Source: a virus
Taxonomy: Duplodnaviria; Caudoviricetes
Reading direction: 5' to 3' (one strand)
Length of the DNA stretch: 57,283 bases
Virus record (IMG/VR): IMGVR_UViG_3300025132_000044
Coordinates: 1 to 57,283 of that record
Position 1 is the stretch's first letter. Every line of letters starts with the position of its first letter. Shown one piece after another: positions 39,901-47,750 of the stretch. The notes beneath the pieces were generated by a model. The model was not told where the DNA came from and did not search any database. It worked only from the letters and a program-made list of their open reading frames with translations. The position numbers were made by a program, and so were the translations under genes.

Positions 39901-42900
39901 GTAGTTCATCAATGGTTGTTTTTGTTGGACTTGAAAATTCAACATCTAGTTTTAGTTATTCAAAAACAGATAGTACAGGAGTTACCTCAACATTATCTGG
40001 AACAGATGGAAATATAATAGCTATATCTGCCATGGCTCATGATTCTGGATCTGTTGATATAACTGCAACTAGTGCAAGTGTTAGTGTTACTAAAACAATG
40101 ACTCTAGCAAAATCAAAACAAGGTGCTCAAGGAACCGCTGGAGCAACTGGTGCTACTGGTCCCAATTTTGATTTTTTAACTGGATCTATATCTGAAATTA
40201 ATACTCAAGGAGGATTAAATGCAGGATTGTTAATGACTTCTGATGTATTAGGATTTCATGGTAATATTTCTGCAGGAGATGGAACCAATGCAAAAGTAAC
40301 TGACTTTATATCATTTTTAGACTCATCTGGTAATTTCTTTATAGGATCACAATCATCAGGACATTTTGCATATTCTCAAGCAACTGGAGAATTATTAATA
40401 AGTGGATCAAATGTTGATATAAGAACTCCTAAATTCTTTTTAGGACAAGAAAATGTACAATTTATATCTGGATCTGATGCAAAAATAGAAATATCATCAT
40501 CTAATTTTCATTTAACTCCTGAAGGCAATGTTACCATGTCTGGAACAATCACAGCAACAGCTGGTACTATTGGAGGATTTGAAATAACTGATACTCAAAT
40601 TAATTCTTCAAATGATAATTTAATTCTAAAATCATCAGGACAAGTAACTGCATCTACGTTATTATTAACTGGAGGATCTGTTGCCGGTATGCCAGTTAGT
40701 TCTGATGAAATATCAGTAGGAAGTGTTTTAAAATTAAAAGATTCTGGTCAAATAACTGGATCAAAAGTATTATTTAGTGGTGGTACTATTGGAGGATTTG
40801 ATTTAACATCAACTCAAATTAATTCTACTAATAACAATTTAATATTAAAAGACTCTGGCCAAATAACTGGATCTAATGTGTTATTCGATGGAGGAACAAT
40901 TGGAGGATTTAACATTTCTAGTGATGCTATTTCAGATACAAGCAATAATCTTGTTTTATCAGGTTCAGGTAAAATTACTGCTAGTGCTGGATTAATAGGA
41001 GGATTTGATTTAACGTCTGGAGAATTACGAGGAGGAGTTGAAAATCAATCGTATATAAGTCAATCTACATCAATAACACTTGTTTCTGGAAGCTTTCAAG
41101 GTCAGGTTCAAAATAACAAAAACAGTATTGGAGGAATTTCTCAAATTAGCACTAATGCAACAAATTTTGAAGGAGTTTTAGATCCAGCAACAATTGTAAA
41201 TACTACAACTAATCCTAGTGCATCTGAAGATGTTTTTGTAGTTGCTTTTGCTGAAGGTGCTTATGTTAATGCGTTTACCAACACTGCAACATCTGCAGCA
41301 ACTAGCATAGCTAAAGTAGCTGGATTTTCTAATTTAGAAGCCGGTCCTGTTGAATTTAGCCAAGTTTCATTAGACGGATTTACAGGAAATGCAGTAGATA
41401 CTTGCAATTTCAATTTTATTACTAGTACTGCAGCAACTCCACTGACTCCGGACGTATTTAATCCATCATCTGGATATGAATCATCTTCAGTTATAAATCA
41501 TAGTTTAACTAGAACACTTACAAAAATAAAATTAGATTCTGATAATAGATCAATATCAATTAACACTTCTAGTTTTGGAAGTGATGGAATACAACTAGAA
41601 GTAGATTCAAGTACAAATCGTCCAAGATTTTTTGCAGGATCTAATACAGGAAGTTTTTTCAAATATGATGGTACAGATATTGCAATTTCAGCTTCTAATT
41701 TTAGTGTATTAGACGGAGATATAACTGCAAATCGAATAGAATTAGCAGAATATTCTAAAGCTGATTATTTTGTATTTAAATTAATAACAATAACAGAAGC
41801 AACATCAGGTTCTTATTTTGAAGAATATACTTTAAGTGGCGACACATATTATAAATTAGTATTAGATGGAACATTAGGAGGATCTATAGCACAGTCTGTT
41901 AGAATAAATGTAACTCCAGAATATCCAATTGGAATGATACAACCTCCTGTAAAATTGAATAATCAAGGACATGAAGTAACAATTGAATCTGGAATTGGTA
42001 CTGGAATTGGTTATTCATCAAGAGTTGCAGTTAGTGGAAGTAATATATATAGTTACGGATTTTCAGCTGATAATGATGATTGGTTCAATCAATTATTTCA
42101 AACGAGAGTTTATCCAGCTGGCGGAAGTACTACATATGGAGGCGGTAGCGTAGGAGATCTAGGAGCATCTGCAGGTCGTGTAATGGTACAAAACATAGGT
42201 CAACGATTTAAATTTGTTAGATCAGCATTTGATTTTAGATTATTAGGAATATCAAGTTATGATACTACAGCAGATGGAAACTTTAATTCACAAGGATTAA
42301 TAAATTTCTTTTCAGGACTTCGTGCAAGTAATGGTCCTATAGGAATTGGAATTACTGGTACTAACAAAATGACTGCAGGTTATGCTTTAGAAGTTAACAA
42401 TATTGTTGATAGAGCTGGAACTACTACCGATGATGTATTATTTCATGGTAATGTAAGTGGTAGTGTATTTTCTGGATCTTTTGTTGGAGACGGATCAGGA
42501 TTAACCGGAGTATCAGGTGGCGGTGGTGGTAGTGGTGATATAACAGCTGTTACAGCCGGCAATGGATTAACAGGCGGAGGAACAACAGGAGCGGTATCAT
42601 TAGCAGTAGGAGCTGGTACGGGTATAGACGTTACTTCTACAACTGTTGCGGTTGATGTATCTGATTTCATGAGTAATGGTTCTAATAACAGAGTAGTTAC
42701 TGCTACCGGAGCAGACGGAATGAATGCCGAAGCTAACATGACATTTGATGGTACTAATTTATTAGTTAGCGATGATACAGCAGGAGCATATGCAAATATT
42801 GGTAGAACAAGAGTTGGTTATACAGCTTATACTGATTATGCACACATTTCACATAGAGATTTAACATCTGCAGGAGAATATGCATTATTACAATCTGCTG

Positions 42901-43472
42901 CAGGAGATACATTTATAAATGCTAAAAGTGGCAAAACACTTCATTTACGAATAAATAATTCATCGATAGCTAGTATAACCTCAACCGGATTTAATAATTT
43001 ATATTCAACCGGTAAAATAGGATATGATACAACAGATTATATTACATTCACAAATAATACTAGAATGGATGTTTATATAAATAATAGTAATGAATTTAGA
43101 TTTGAATCAGATGGTGACTTTCATGCTGATGGAGATGTTATAGCATCATCAACTACTGTATCTGATTCTAGATTAAAAGACAATATAATACCAATTGGTG
43201 GAGCGTTAGACAAAATAAAATCTTTAAGAGGTGTTTCATATACATGGAATTCTGGAAAGAAAAAAGGTAAACAAGATATAGGTTTAATAGCACAAGAAGT
43301 AGAAGAAGTATTACCAGAAATAGTTAAAGATAAAAAAATGCCATTAATGGATGGTATAGATTCAAATGAAACATATAAAACTATTGACTATGAAAAAATT
43401 ATTGCAGTACTTGTAGAAGCAGTTAAAGATCAACAAACACAAATAGACGAATTAAAAAGAAAAATTAAATAA
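30909..43472 (+). CDS. giant (4187 aa) tail fibre/receptor-binding protein with C-terminal S74 intramolecular chaperone
   Basis: GFKGWKI...AEFENVRIRG tail motif, 16 internal repeats, GTIGGF repeats, terminal SDSRLKDNI...GLIAQEVEEVLPE...LVEAVKD. Confidence 0.85.
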   Translation: MKKAIANLQNLDRLDTYITDTSLLSPNIFNITLLPDKLTLGKNLFKLKGVPNIFQPGTDLQIEILDSNGNPIYHEVVNKIDPDNSRFIAIYIYDNTPSGDCLITLAATLDSYNNESIPASWRNIVNAKWSVTTPVDTKSPNVNNIIFDSLNLPEATVSEQIGVRLDRQYNDNTQFPIFSDGLIEFETKENSSIAKITGGEFRPDMVGGTLTVTSPVNPTPLSTIPTSSARIYSSTIKKVLSKDFIQLDNKFVFTLSQSLSQHQYTKFDPSSYTIEYEAAPNYIGTQHSESFALTEITKLDPAIGDISRIKLYINSSATIGTFELINDILLEPTEIFVDATGSILPDVGVGFFTSQSIIDEYWESHTYIGKTEDGAPTLTFTTSSLNNAVSILPSIDYSNDDSVLIFQTKESLPGVFVENSEYKIIFDAIATKNSLSNFQSPKLSIYLSGSSFFNDVVNTLNGALPVSLGRKIGELVIDANQQRLDDQQFVFNADKTGNGSLLFVIESGEWQFSDIRTLTSAENGFTENYTRFRTDIPVKHKSNNELQFKIEYYNIAGVKSEHETIIGNKVFEGGNRYIDGDFSMLTGSLTVADSLNSGVEIVGLQNTGYIRSLGYEGFNQATGSGGGFLLFSGSALPQQSETSYSGVGLELVANENNFFKYRTDPSILDIHTQTFFLGNEATQFISGSAGQLEISSSGYHIQNNGDITASRILIEGGTITDNVTILGSVSANSILTPAIINGNPSNENNASSSISDQGFARFVSASIAGFVVNTEEIKSADESLRLKSEGQITASRVLLEGGTITDGVTILGSVTANSIQTPATIGGSPSTPANASSSISSTGLAIFKSASIGGWDITTGSIEGGNLIMKPEGILQTKDFASGFKGWKISSQGNGTAEFENVRIRGTLRTTTFEKESVNAIGGQVWVANATTITGSGVAATDTTMSVKNASGFAVDEILLAKKVDSTGFQTEYLLVESASLDGDNSNEDEVFGRIYVQRGYGSGSGGDFVGDLASTSQSYDEGQVIVSTGKIGTGYIKINANPNDTDTPFIDIVERTGSGLYDVQLKARLGDLKGLANSDRVFGNSNPGFGLQTDNVFLQGGIRANTGSIGGIHLEDNKLYIGVGNHANADTGFYVDSSSKFSLGDKLTWDGSALTVRGQLRLDSGQNVQDAINEATASNTAKTLVLTSDSQIFAFESASDSTADPTNIIFKIAQQNLNASISASNITITTPAGAAVTNFDFDTGSVSPNSSVPPLYSGVVSGSLTFAGALDAGGLNSDKTNLPVTIVATRDGLSDTTTIFKIQGGSSGSDGVSGQSAKSLVASVDSQVFAFDSASDNTADPSNIIFSFNQQNLTRALASTDVQVKTAGGSDITGFSFDNNSITSGTGIVSGSIVFASALGSGGVGADKANLPITITASLDDLTDIIKVFKVQGGSSGSDGTDGTDAVTAFLTNEAHTFASLNNGTIVSFTGGTSDMEVFEGITNVTANYTFTGSNSDGVTATSSSNSLTITGMSSDSGSINFTAKSASVSLTKTMTLAKSKQGTQGLSGANAKLLTVTSDSQVFSFPSASSNTPIDNDILFIINQQNLSTEIDSSEISITTPGGSAITGFSLKTDVANNSGLFTGEVSASISFTGATDAGGLNSNKSNLPLTITVSSGSLNDTTKIFKLEGGSSGSDGTDGTDGVTAFLTNESHTFPADQTGTIASFAGGETEMEVFEGITNVTTNYTFTGSNSEGVTATSSSNSLTITGLSKDSGSVNFTAKSASVSITKTMSLAKSRQGQSSITAFLTNESQTFPANSSGVVSSFADGTTIMEVFNGLNNVTSSFAFTGSNTDGVTATSSSNEIQVTGMAHDSGSITFTAKSGSGDGLVSISKIFSLAKSRAGVDGSGASARMLSVTTDSQIFSFASASSDIALDDDILIIINHQNLTSSPLPSDITIKDSNGTTITNPTFVSSSTSGTGQVSGSITFSSTLSGTKSKLPITIEASKDSVSDITTVFGLNGGSDGTDGVNGATAKSLIASVDSQVFSFLSASDSTADPTSIIFSFNQQNLNAAIDSSDVTISTAGGNVTNFDFDNNSVTNSGGNFSGIASGSISFAGALDAGGLSSTKTNLPVTISATKNSLTDTIKIFKVQGGSSGSDGSDGSDGTDAVTAFLTNEAHTFAAQNNGTVVSFTGGTTDMEVFEGITNVTSNYTFTGSNSDGVTATSSSNSLTITGMSHDSGSVNFTAKSASVSLTKTMTLAKSKQGTQGLSGANAKLLTVTSDSQVFAFPSASSNDAVDNDILFIINQQNLSTEIDSSEISITNPAGSAITGFSLKTDVANNSGLFTGEVSASITFTGATDAGGLNSDKSNLPLTITVTSGSLTDTTKIFKLEGGSSGSDGSDGAAGSDGADAVTAFLTNEAHTFAADQAGNIASFAGGTTDMEVFEGITNVTANYTFTGSNSEGVTATSSSNSLTITGLSQDSGSVNFTAKSASVSITKTMSLVKSRQGQSAITAFLTNESQTFPAAANGTISDFSVGTTTMQVFEGLTNVTSSFAFTGSNSDGVTATSSSNEIQITGMSHDSGSITFTAKSGSGDGLVSISKVFALAKSRAGTDGTPGSSAKLITLTTDSQIFSFPSASSSDAIDDDILFIINQQNLDSAVVTGNITIKDSGGSTLTNPSLETDVTSGTGQVSGSITFSGTVGGDKTKLPLTIEVARDSVSDTTRIFKLEGGSSGSDGSDGSDGQSAITAFLTNESHTFPAAANGTVPDFSTGTSDMIVFLGLDNVTSNFTFTGSNSDGVTATSSSNSLTITGMSHDSGSINFTAVSASVSLTKTMNLAKSKTGETGSTAKTLTLTTDSQIFSFLSASSNDAIDDDILFTINQQNLSGTIGSGDITISTAGGVPTLITNFSLDNNSVTSGTGIVSGSLTFTGATNAGGLNSTKSNLPVTITVTKDSLTDTTRIFKLEGGSSGSDGSDGAAGADGAPAVTAFLTNEAHTFPADVNGTISSFTEGSSSMVVFVGLENSTSSFSYSKTDSTGVTSTLSGTDGNIIAISAMAHDSGSVDITATSASVSVTKTMTLAKSKQGAQGTAGATGATGPNFDFLTGSISEINTQGGLNAGLLMTSDVLGFHGNISAGDGTNAKVTDFISFLDSSGNFFIGSQSSGHFAYSQATGELLISGSNVDIRTPKFFLGQENVQFISGSDAKIEISSSNFHLTPEGNVTMSGTITATAGTIGGFEITDTQINSSNDNLILKSSGQVTASTLLLTGGSVAGMPVSSDEISVGSVLKLKDSGQITGSKVLFSGGTIGGFDLTSTQINSTNNNLILKDSGQITGSNVLFDGGTIGGFNISSDAISDTSNNLVLSGSGKITASAGLIGGFDLTSGELRGGVENQSYISQSTSITLVSGSFQGQVQNNKNSIGGISQISTNATNFEGVLDPATIVNTTTNPSASEDVFVVAFAEGAYVNAFTNTATSAATSIAKVAGFSNLEAGPVEFSQVSLDGFTGNAVDTCNFNFITSTAATPLTPDVFNPSSGYESSSVINHSLTRTLTKIKLDSDNRSISINTSSFGSDGIQLEVDSSTNRPRFFAGSNTGSFFKYDGTDIAISASNFSVLDGDITANRIELAEYSKADYFVFKLITITEATSGSYFEEYTLSGDTYYKLVLDGTLGGSIAQSVRINVTPEYPIGMIQPPVKLNNQGHEVTIESGIGTGIGYSSRVAVSGSNIYSYGFSADNDDWFNQLFQTRVYPAGGSTTYGGGSVGDLGASAGRVMVQNIGQRFKFVRSAFDFRLLGISSYDTTADGNFNSQGLINFFSGLRASNGPIGIGITGTNKMTAGYALEVNNIVDRAGTTTDDVLFHGNVSGSVFSGSFVGDGSGLTGVSGGGGGSGDITAVTAGNGLTGGGTTGAVSLAVGAGTGIDVTSTTVAVDVSDFMSNGSNNRVVTATGADGMNAEANMTFDGTNLLVSDDTAGAYANIGRTRVGYTAYTDYAHISHRDLTSAGEYALLQSAAGDTFINAKSGKTLHLRINNSSIASITSTGFNNLYSTGKIGYDTTDYITFTNNTRMDVYINNSNEFRFESDGDFHADGDVIASSTTVSDSRLKDNIIPIGGALDKIKSLRGVSYTWNSGKKKGKQDIGLIAQEVEEVLPEIVKDKKMPLMDGIDSNETYKTIDYEKIIAVLVEAVKDQQTQIDELKRKIK
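34446..40124 (+). repeat. 16 intragenic domain repeats of two types (AABABB AABABB ABAB)
   Basis: Type A begins AK.L....DSQ(I/V)F.F.SAS (8 copies); type B begins TAFLTNE(A/S)(H/Q)TF (8 copies); GSSGSDG linkers. Confidence 0.9.
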
Positions 43473-44209
43473 TGTCAGGTGGTACTGATGATATATCAAT
43501 GATACAAATTGCAGCTTCTGGAAGTTTAGATCCCAGTAATATAAGTTTACAAACTATATATACTTCTTTTATAAATGGAGATGCAGCTGGAAATTTTGCA
43601 TTAGATGATATGGCAAGTAAAGATTATCCTACAGTTACAACAAACGCTGCCTCTTCTGTAACCCAAACTAGTATGACATGTAATGGAAATGTTTCTGGAT
43701 ATGGAAATATTACTATAGGATTACAGAGAGGATTCTATTTTGGGACAAGTACAAATTATGCATCAAACACAAAAGTAAATGCAGGAGGGACTGGAACAGG
43801 AGCATATACATTATCTAGAACAAGTTTAACCGGTGGTACAACATATTATATAACGGCGTATGCATTAACGGCGTATGGTGAAAGACAAGGCTCGACAGTA
43901 GCTCAAGCAACAACGGCACCTCCTTCATTAACATCATTTACTGCGATATTACCAAATACTGGAGGAAGCAATCCTGTTTTCGGCAGTGCAGGCGCAATGT
44001 GTGAAGCTTACGAAGAAGGTAATACCACAAATACAATATATTATCACGATGGTGATGGAGCAACTCCTACATCGGGAGATGATGTTTATATAAATAGCGG
44101 AGGAACAACCGCTGTAGCTAATGGGGCTATAGGTATGGCTGTAGGTAGAGCTATTCAAAACCTAACGATTTCAGGTGGAACAGTTTCTGAAACGCCGGGT
44201 AGTTGTTAA
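43472..44209 (+). CDS. tail-fibre accessory protein with FnIII-like domain
   Basis: PTVTT..ASSVT.TS.T..GNV...RGFYF...LTGGTTYYITAYA....G. Confidence 0.7.
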   Translation: MSGGTDDISMIQIAASGSLDPSNISLQTIYTSFINGDAAGNFALDDMASKDYPTVTTNAASSVTQTSMTCNGNVSGYGNITIGLQRGFYFGTSTNYASNTKVNAGGTGTGAYTLSRTSLTGGTTYYITAYALTAYGERQGSTVAQATTAPPSLTSFTAILPNTGGSNPVFGSAGAMCEAYEEGNTTNTIYYHDGDGATPTSGDDVYINSGGTTAVANGAIGMAVGRAIQNLTISGGTVSETPGSC

Positions 44210-44808
44210 TGAATATTATAGATCAACATACAGAATACTTAAATAATAAAGTTTATTTCATGAAAGATAACAGACTACTAACTCCTCTTGCCCAACCGGT
44301 TATGATGGGATGGGAAGATCCTATAATGAAAGAAGCTGCAGAATTAATATGTCATAACAAAGGAAAAATACTTAATGTAGGATTTGGATTAGGACTTATA
44401 GACACTTATATTCAATCTCATCAAGTACAAGAACATTGGATTATAGAAGCTCATACAGATGTACAAAATAAAATGAAAAAAGATGGATGGGATAAAAAAT
44501 CCAATGTTACATGTTTGTTTGATAAATGGCAAAATGTATTAGATAAATTACCCAAATTTGATGGTATCTATTTTGATACTTGGAAAGAGTTGTTAGATCC
44601 ATTTCATGAAATAGTACCTAATATATTAAAGCCTGGAGGTAAATACACATATTGGTCACCTGAAGATTTGGAAGTACATTCTGTGTTTAAATCAAATGAT
44701 TATAAAGTAGAAAAAGGTACTATAAAATTAGAGCATATAGCATCAAATCAAAAATATTATAATACTTCTAAAGATTTATTTAACTATAAGATAATAACTA
44801 GAAAGTAA
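44209..44808 (+). CDS. class I SAM-dependent methyltransferase, Rmt2/GAMT-like
   Basis: VMMGWEDPIM...ILNVGFGLGLID...HWIIEAH...WQ...FDGIYFDT...LKPGG. Confidence 0.85.
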   Translation: MNIIDQHTEYLNNKVYFMKDNRLLTPLAQPVMMGWEDPIMKEAAELICHNKGKILNVGFGLGLIDTYIQSHQVQEHWIIEAHTDVQNKMKKDGWDKKSNVTCLFDKWQNVLDKLPKFDGIYFDTWKELLDPFHEIVPNILKPGGKYTYWSPEDLEVHSVFKSNDYKVEKGTIKLEHIASNQKYYNTSKDLFNYKIITRK

Positions 44809-44835
44809 AATTAACTAATGAATTATTTAAAAAGG

Positions 44836-44844
44836 ATATTTATA
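44836..44844 (+). promoter_or_regulatory. late-promoter motif ATATTTATA
   Basis: 4 nt before ATG 44849. Confidence 0.65.
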
Positions 44845-44848
44845 TAAA

Positions 44849-46852
44849 ATGAATAATGTAACAGTATTATTTCCAGGAGGCTTTAAGCCAATAACAGGAG
44901 CTCATATGGCTCTTGCACAACGTTACGCACAAAATCCTAGCGTCGACAAAGTTATTATGTTAATAGGTCCAAAAGAACGTCAAGGTATAACACAACAAAA
45001 TAGTATTAAAATGTTTAATTTATTGAATAGAAATAATAACATTGAAATACAAACTACAAAATTTAATTCGCCAATTATGGCTGCATACGAATATTTATTT
45101 GCATTGCCACAAGATAATCAAGGACAATATGCATTAGCAGCTTCTGAAAAAGATGAAGATTATGTTCGTGTTAAATCTTTTTTACCAAATGTAGATAAAT
45201 ATAAAACAATAGGAGATCGTAACGGAAGAAAAATACCAAACGGGGTTGATGCAGTTGAATTAACAGTTTCTGTAGATCCTTTAAAATATAAAGATGGTGA
45301 AGATAAAGGTAAATCAATATCTGCATCTGCAGTAAGAGCGGCATTAAATGCAGATTCATATAGTAAATTCAAAGCAAGTTATCCAGGATATGATGAATCT
45401 ATTATAAAAAATATTTGGCAAATGCTTGGCGGAGCTCCTACATATAGAGATGTAATGGGAGTAAAAGAACAGATGGGTGTTGGTTACATGACTCCAAAAG
45501 GCACAAAGGCACATTCTAAAAAAATTAAAAAATTAAGAAAATTTTTAAATAAATCAGATGATAAAGGATTTGAATATAATTTTAATCAATTTCCAAAAAC
45601 AGTATTTGGTACTCCATATATAAATGAAGGCGGATTAGCTGGACATATGGCACATCCATTTGATAAAGATCAATCACAATCATTATCATTTGCAGATATG
45701 AAAGAAATGATTGCGAGGGGATTGCAAGGTAGATTAGATATAGAAGATGCTGTTACTGAAAAAACCGATGGACAGAATATTTTTATGACAGTTAAAGACG
45801 GCCAAGTAAAATTTGCTAGAAATAAAGGAGAACGTATAAATCCATTAACAGTTAAAGAACTTCAAGCAAAGTTTGCAGGAAGAGGTTCTTTGTCTGATTC
45901 ATTTGGAGAAGCTGGCACAGATTTAGCTGCAGCATTTTCAAAAGTAGGAACAGATAAATTAAATAGTATATTCCAAAATGGTAAAGTTTTTGCTAATATG
46001 GAAATTATTTATCCAGCAACAGCTAACGTTATTGCATATGATGCAGCATTTCTTCAATTTCATAATTTAGTTGAATATGATGAAAATGGTAATGTTGTAC
46101 AAACTGATATGTCTGGTGGAAATACGGTACAAAAAGCAATCACTGATGCAAATGCTGATCTACAAAATACATTTAATTTAATACCTCCGCAAAAGATAAA
46201 AATTGGTGCAGTTGAAGATTTTCAAGATTATCAAGATGCATTATTTAAAGAATTAGATCAATTACGTGATAGATATAAATTAAGTGATAAAGATCCAATT
46301 GCAGAATATCATAAAGCTTGGTGGAAAGACGTTATACGTGAAAAATCAAAAAGTTTTGATTATGATATATCTGACGAAATGTTAGATACATTAATGAATA
46401 GATGGTCATTTAATATTAAAACTCCTAGAATTGATCAATTAGCTAAAATGATAGATAACGAAGAATTTGTACAATGGCTTCGAGTATTTGATAAAAAAGA
46501 TTTTAAAAAATATCAAAAACAAAATGTAGAACCATTTGAATCAATATTTTTAAAACTAGGAGCAGAAATAATGAAAAATGCTTCTAATTTTTTAGCAGCA
46601 AATCCTGCTAAAGCAGTACAAGATATTAGAAAAGACATAGCACAAGTTATTAGAGATTTAAGATCTACTGGAGATATATCTAAAATGGAGATGTTAAAAA
46701 CACAATTAGATCGTATAAAGCGATTAGGAGGATTTGAAAAAATAGTCCCTATAGAAGGAATTGTATTCACATACGGCGGTAATACATTTAAATTAACCGG
46801 TGCATTTGCACCTATAAATCAGATACTAGGAACATTAAAGTATATTAGATAA
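44849..46852 (+). CDS. HIGH-type nucleotidyltransferase fused to an ATP-dependent ligase-like (KxDG) domain
   Basis: FPGGFKPITGAH...ISASAVR; then GHMAHP, EKTDG, NMEII, LQFH, EGIVF, FKLT. Confidence 0.7.
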   Translation: MNNVTVLFPGGFKPITGAHMALAQRYAQNPSVDKVIMLIGPKERQGITQQNSIKMFNLLNRNNNIEIQTTKFNSPIMAAYEYLFALPQDNQGQYALAASEKDEDYVRVKSFLPNVDKYKTIGDRNGRKIPNGVDAVELTVSVDPLKYKDGEDKGKSISASAVRAALNADSYSKFKASYPGYDESIIKNIWQMLGGAPTYRDVMGVKEQMGVGYMTPKGTKAHSKKIKKLRKFLNKSDDKGFEYNFNQFPKTVFGTPYINEGGLAGHMAHPFDKDQSQSLSFADMKEMIARGLQGRLDIEDAVTEKTDGQNIFMTVKDGQVKFARNKGERINPLTVKELQAKFAGRGSLSDSFGEAGTDLAAAFSKVGTDKLNSIFQNGKVFANMEIIYPATANVIAYDAAFLQFHNLVEYDENGNVVQTDMSGGNTVQKAITDANADLQNTFNLIPPQKIKIGAVEDFQDYQDALFKELDQLRDRYKLSDKDPIAEYHKAWWKDVIREKSKSFDYDISDEMLDTLMNRWSFNIKTPRIDQLAKMIDNEEFVQWLRVFDKKDFKKYQKQNVEPFESIFLKLGAEIMKNASNFLAANPAKAVQDIRKDIAQVIRDLRSTGDISKMEMLKTQLDRIKRLGGFEKIVPIEGIVFTYGGNTFKLTGAFAPINQILGTLKYIR

Positions 46853-46860
46853 TATTTATA
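46852..46860 (+). promoter_or_regulatory. late-promoter motif ATATTTATA
   Basis: Upstream of ATG 46886. Confidence 0.7.
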
Positions 46861-46885
46861 TAAAATAATATAACAGGACGTTAAC

Positions 46886-47746
46886 ATGAGTAAACATAAA
46901 CAACCAAAAAATGAAAAGCATAAAGCTAGAAAAGATCTAAAAGATTATACAGGCGAAGGAACAAATGATTGTCAATGGGAGGCGTCAGGAGAAATTTTAC
47001 CAGGTGATAGAAAAGATGATAAATTTCCAAATCCAGATGATAAAATATATCCATTTGTAGCAAATCATGATAATGATCGTGAAAAAATATCTATGACTCC
47101 AGAAATTAAAGATGCTGACAGAATATATCCTATTAAAGATATGCAAGATGGAAATCCTAAAATGGCAGCACATGCAAAAGCAACATTTGAAAAAAATGTA
47201 GAAAATGATGCTAAAGATTTAATTGATACGTTATCAAAAAAAGATGGAGGTTATATGTCTCAAATAAAAAAATTAACAAAAGAACAAAAAGAAAAATTAG
47301 TTCGAGAAATTGTTAAACGTCGAATTATTAATTTTATAAATGAACAAGAAGAACCAGAAGAACCTGCAGAACCAGAAACACCAGACGCACCAGACACACC
47401 AGATGCTACTGATACACCAGAACCTGCAGCAGCACCAGATACTCCTGATGCTCCAGAAACTCCGGAAGTAGCTCCAGAGCCAACAGACGAACCAGCTAGT
47501 CCAGAAGAACCAGCTAGTCCAGAAGAACCACCAGCTGATACAGATAGTGCAGGGAGTGATGCTAGAATTGATAATTTTGTAAAAGCATTAGAACAAAAAC
47601 CAGGTACATTAATGCAAGTTAAACTATTAATGGGTGTAATAAAAAAATTATTGAATGATAAAAATCCAAAACAAAAACTTCAATTATTAGCTTTTATGAA
47701 ACGATTAATAGATAGATCATTACAAAAACAATCACCAATAGAATAA
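46886..47746 (+). CDS. hypothetical protein with P/E/D/T/A-rich linker
   Basis: 286 aa; late motif upstream; FINEQ followed by a low-complexity acidic linker. Confidence 0.75.
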   Translation: MSKHKQPKNEKHKARKDLKDYTGEGTNDCQWEASGEILPGDRKDDKFPNPDDKIYPFVANHDNDREKISMTPEIKDADRIYPIKDMQDGNPKMAAHAKATFEKNVENDAKDLIDTLSKKDGGYMSQIKKLTKEQKEKLVREIVKRRIINFINEQEEPEEPAEPETPDAPDTPDATDTPEPAAAPDTPDAPETPEVAPEPTDEPASPEEPASPEEPPADTDSAGSDARIDNFVKALEQKPGTLMQVKLLMGVIKKLLNDKNPKQKLQLLAFMKRLIDRSLQKQSPIE

Positions 47747-47750
47747 AAAT

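Noticed and set aside
34446-40124. Possible diversity-generating retroelement TR/VR pair
   Set aside because: No reverse transcriptase in the window; differences between repeats are synonymous and not adenine-specific
47340-47545. P/E/T/D/A repeats including GAACCAGCTAGTCCAGAA twice
   Set aside because: Ordinary low-complexity linker
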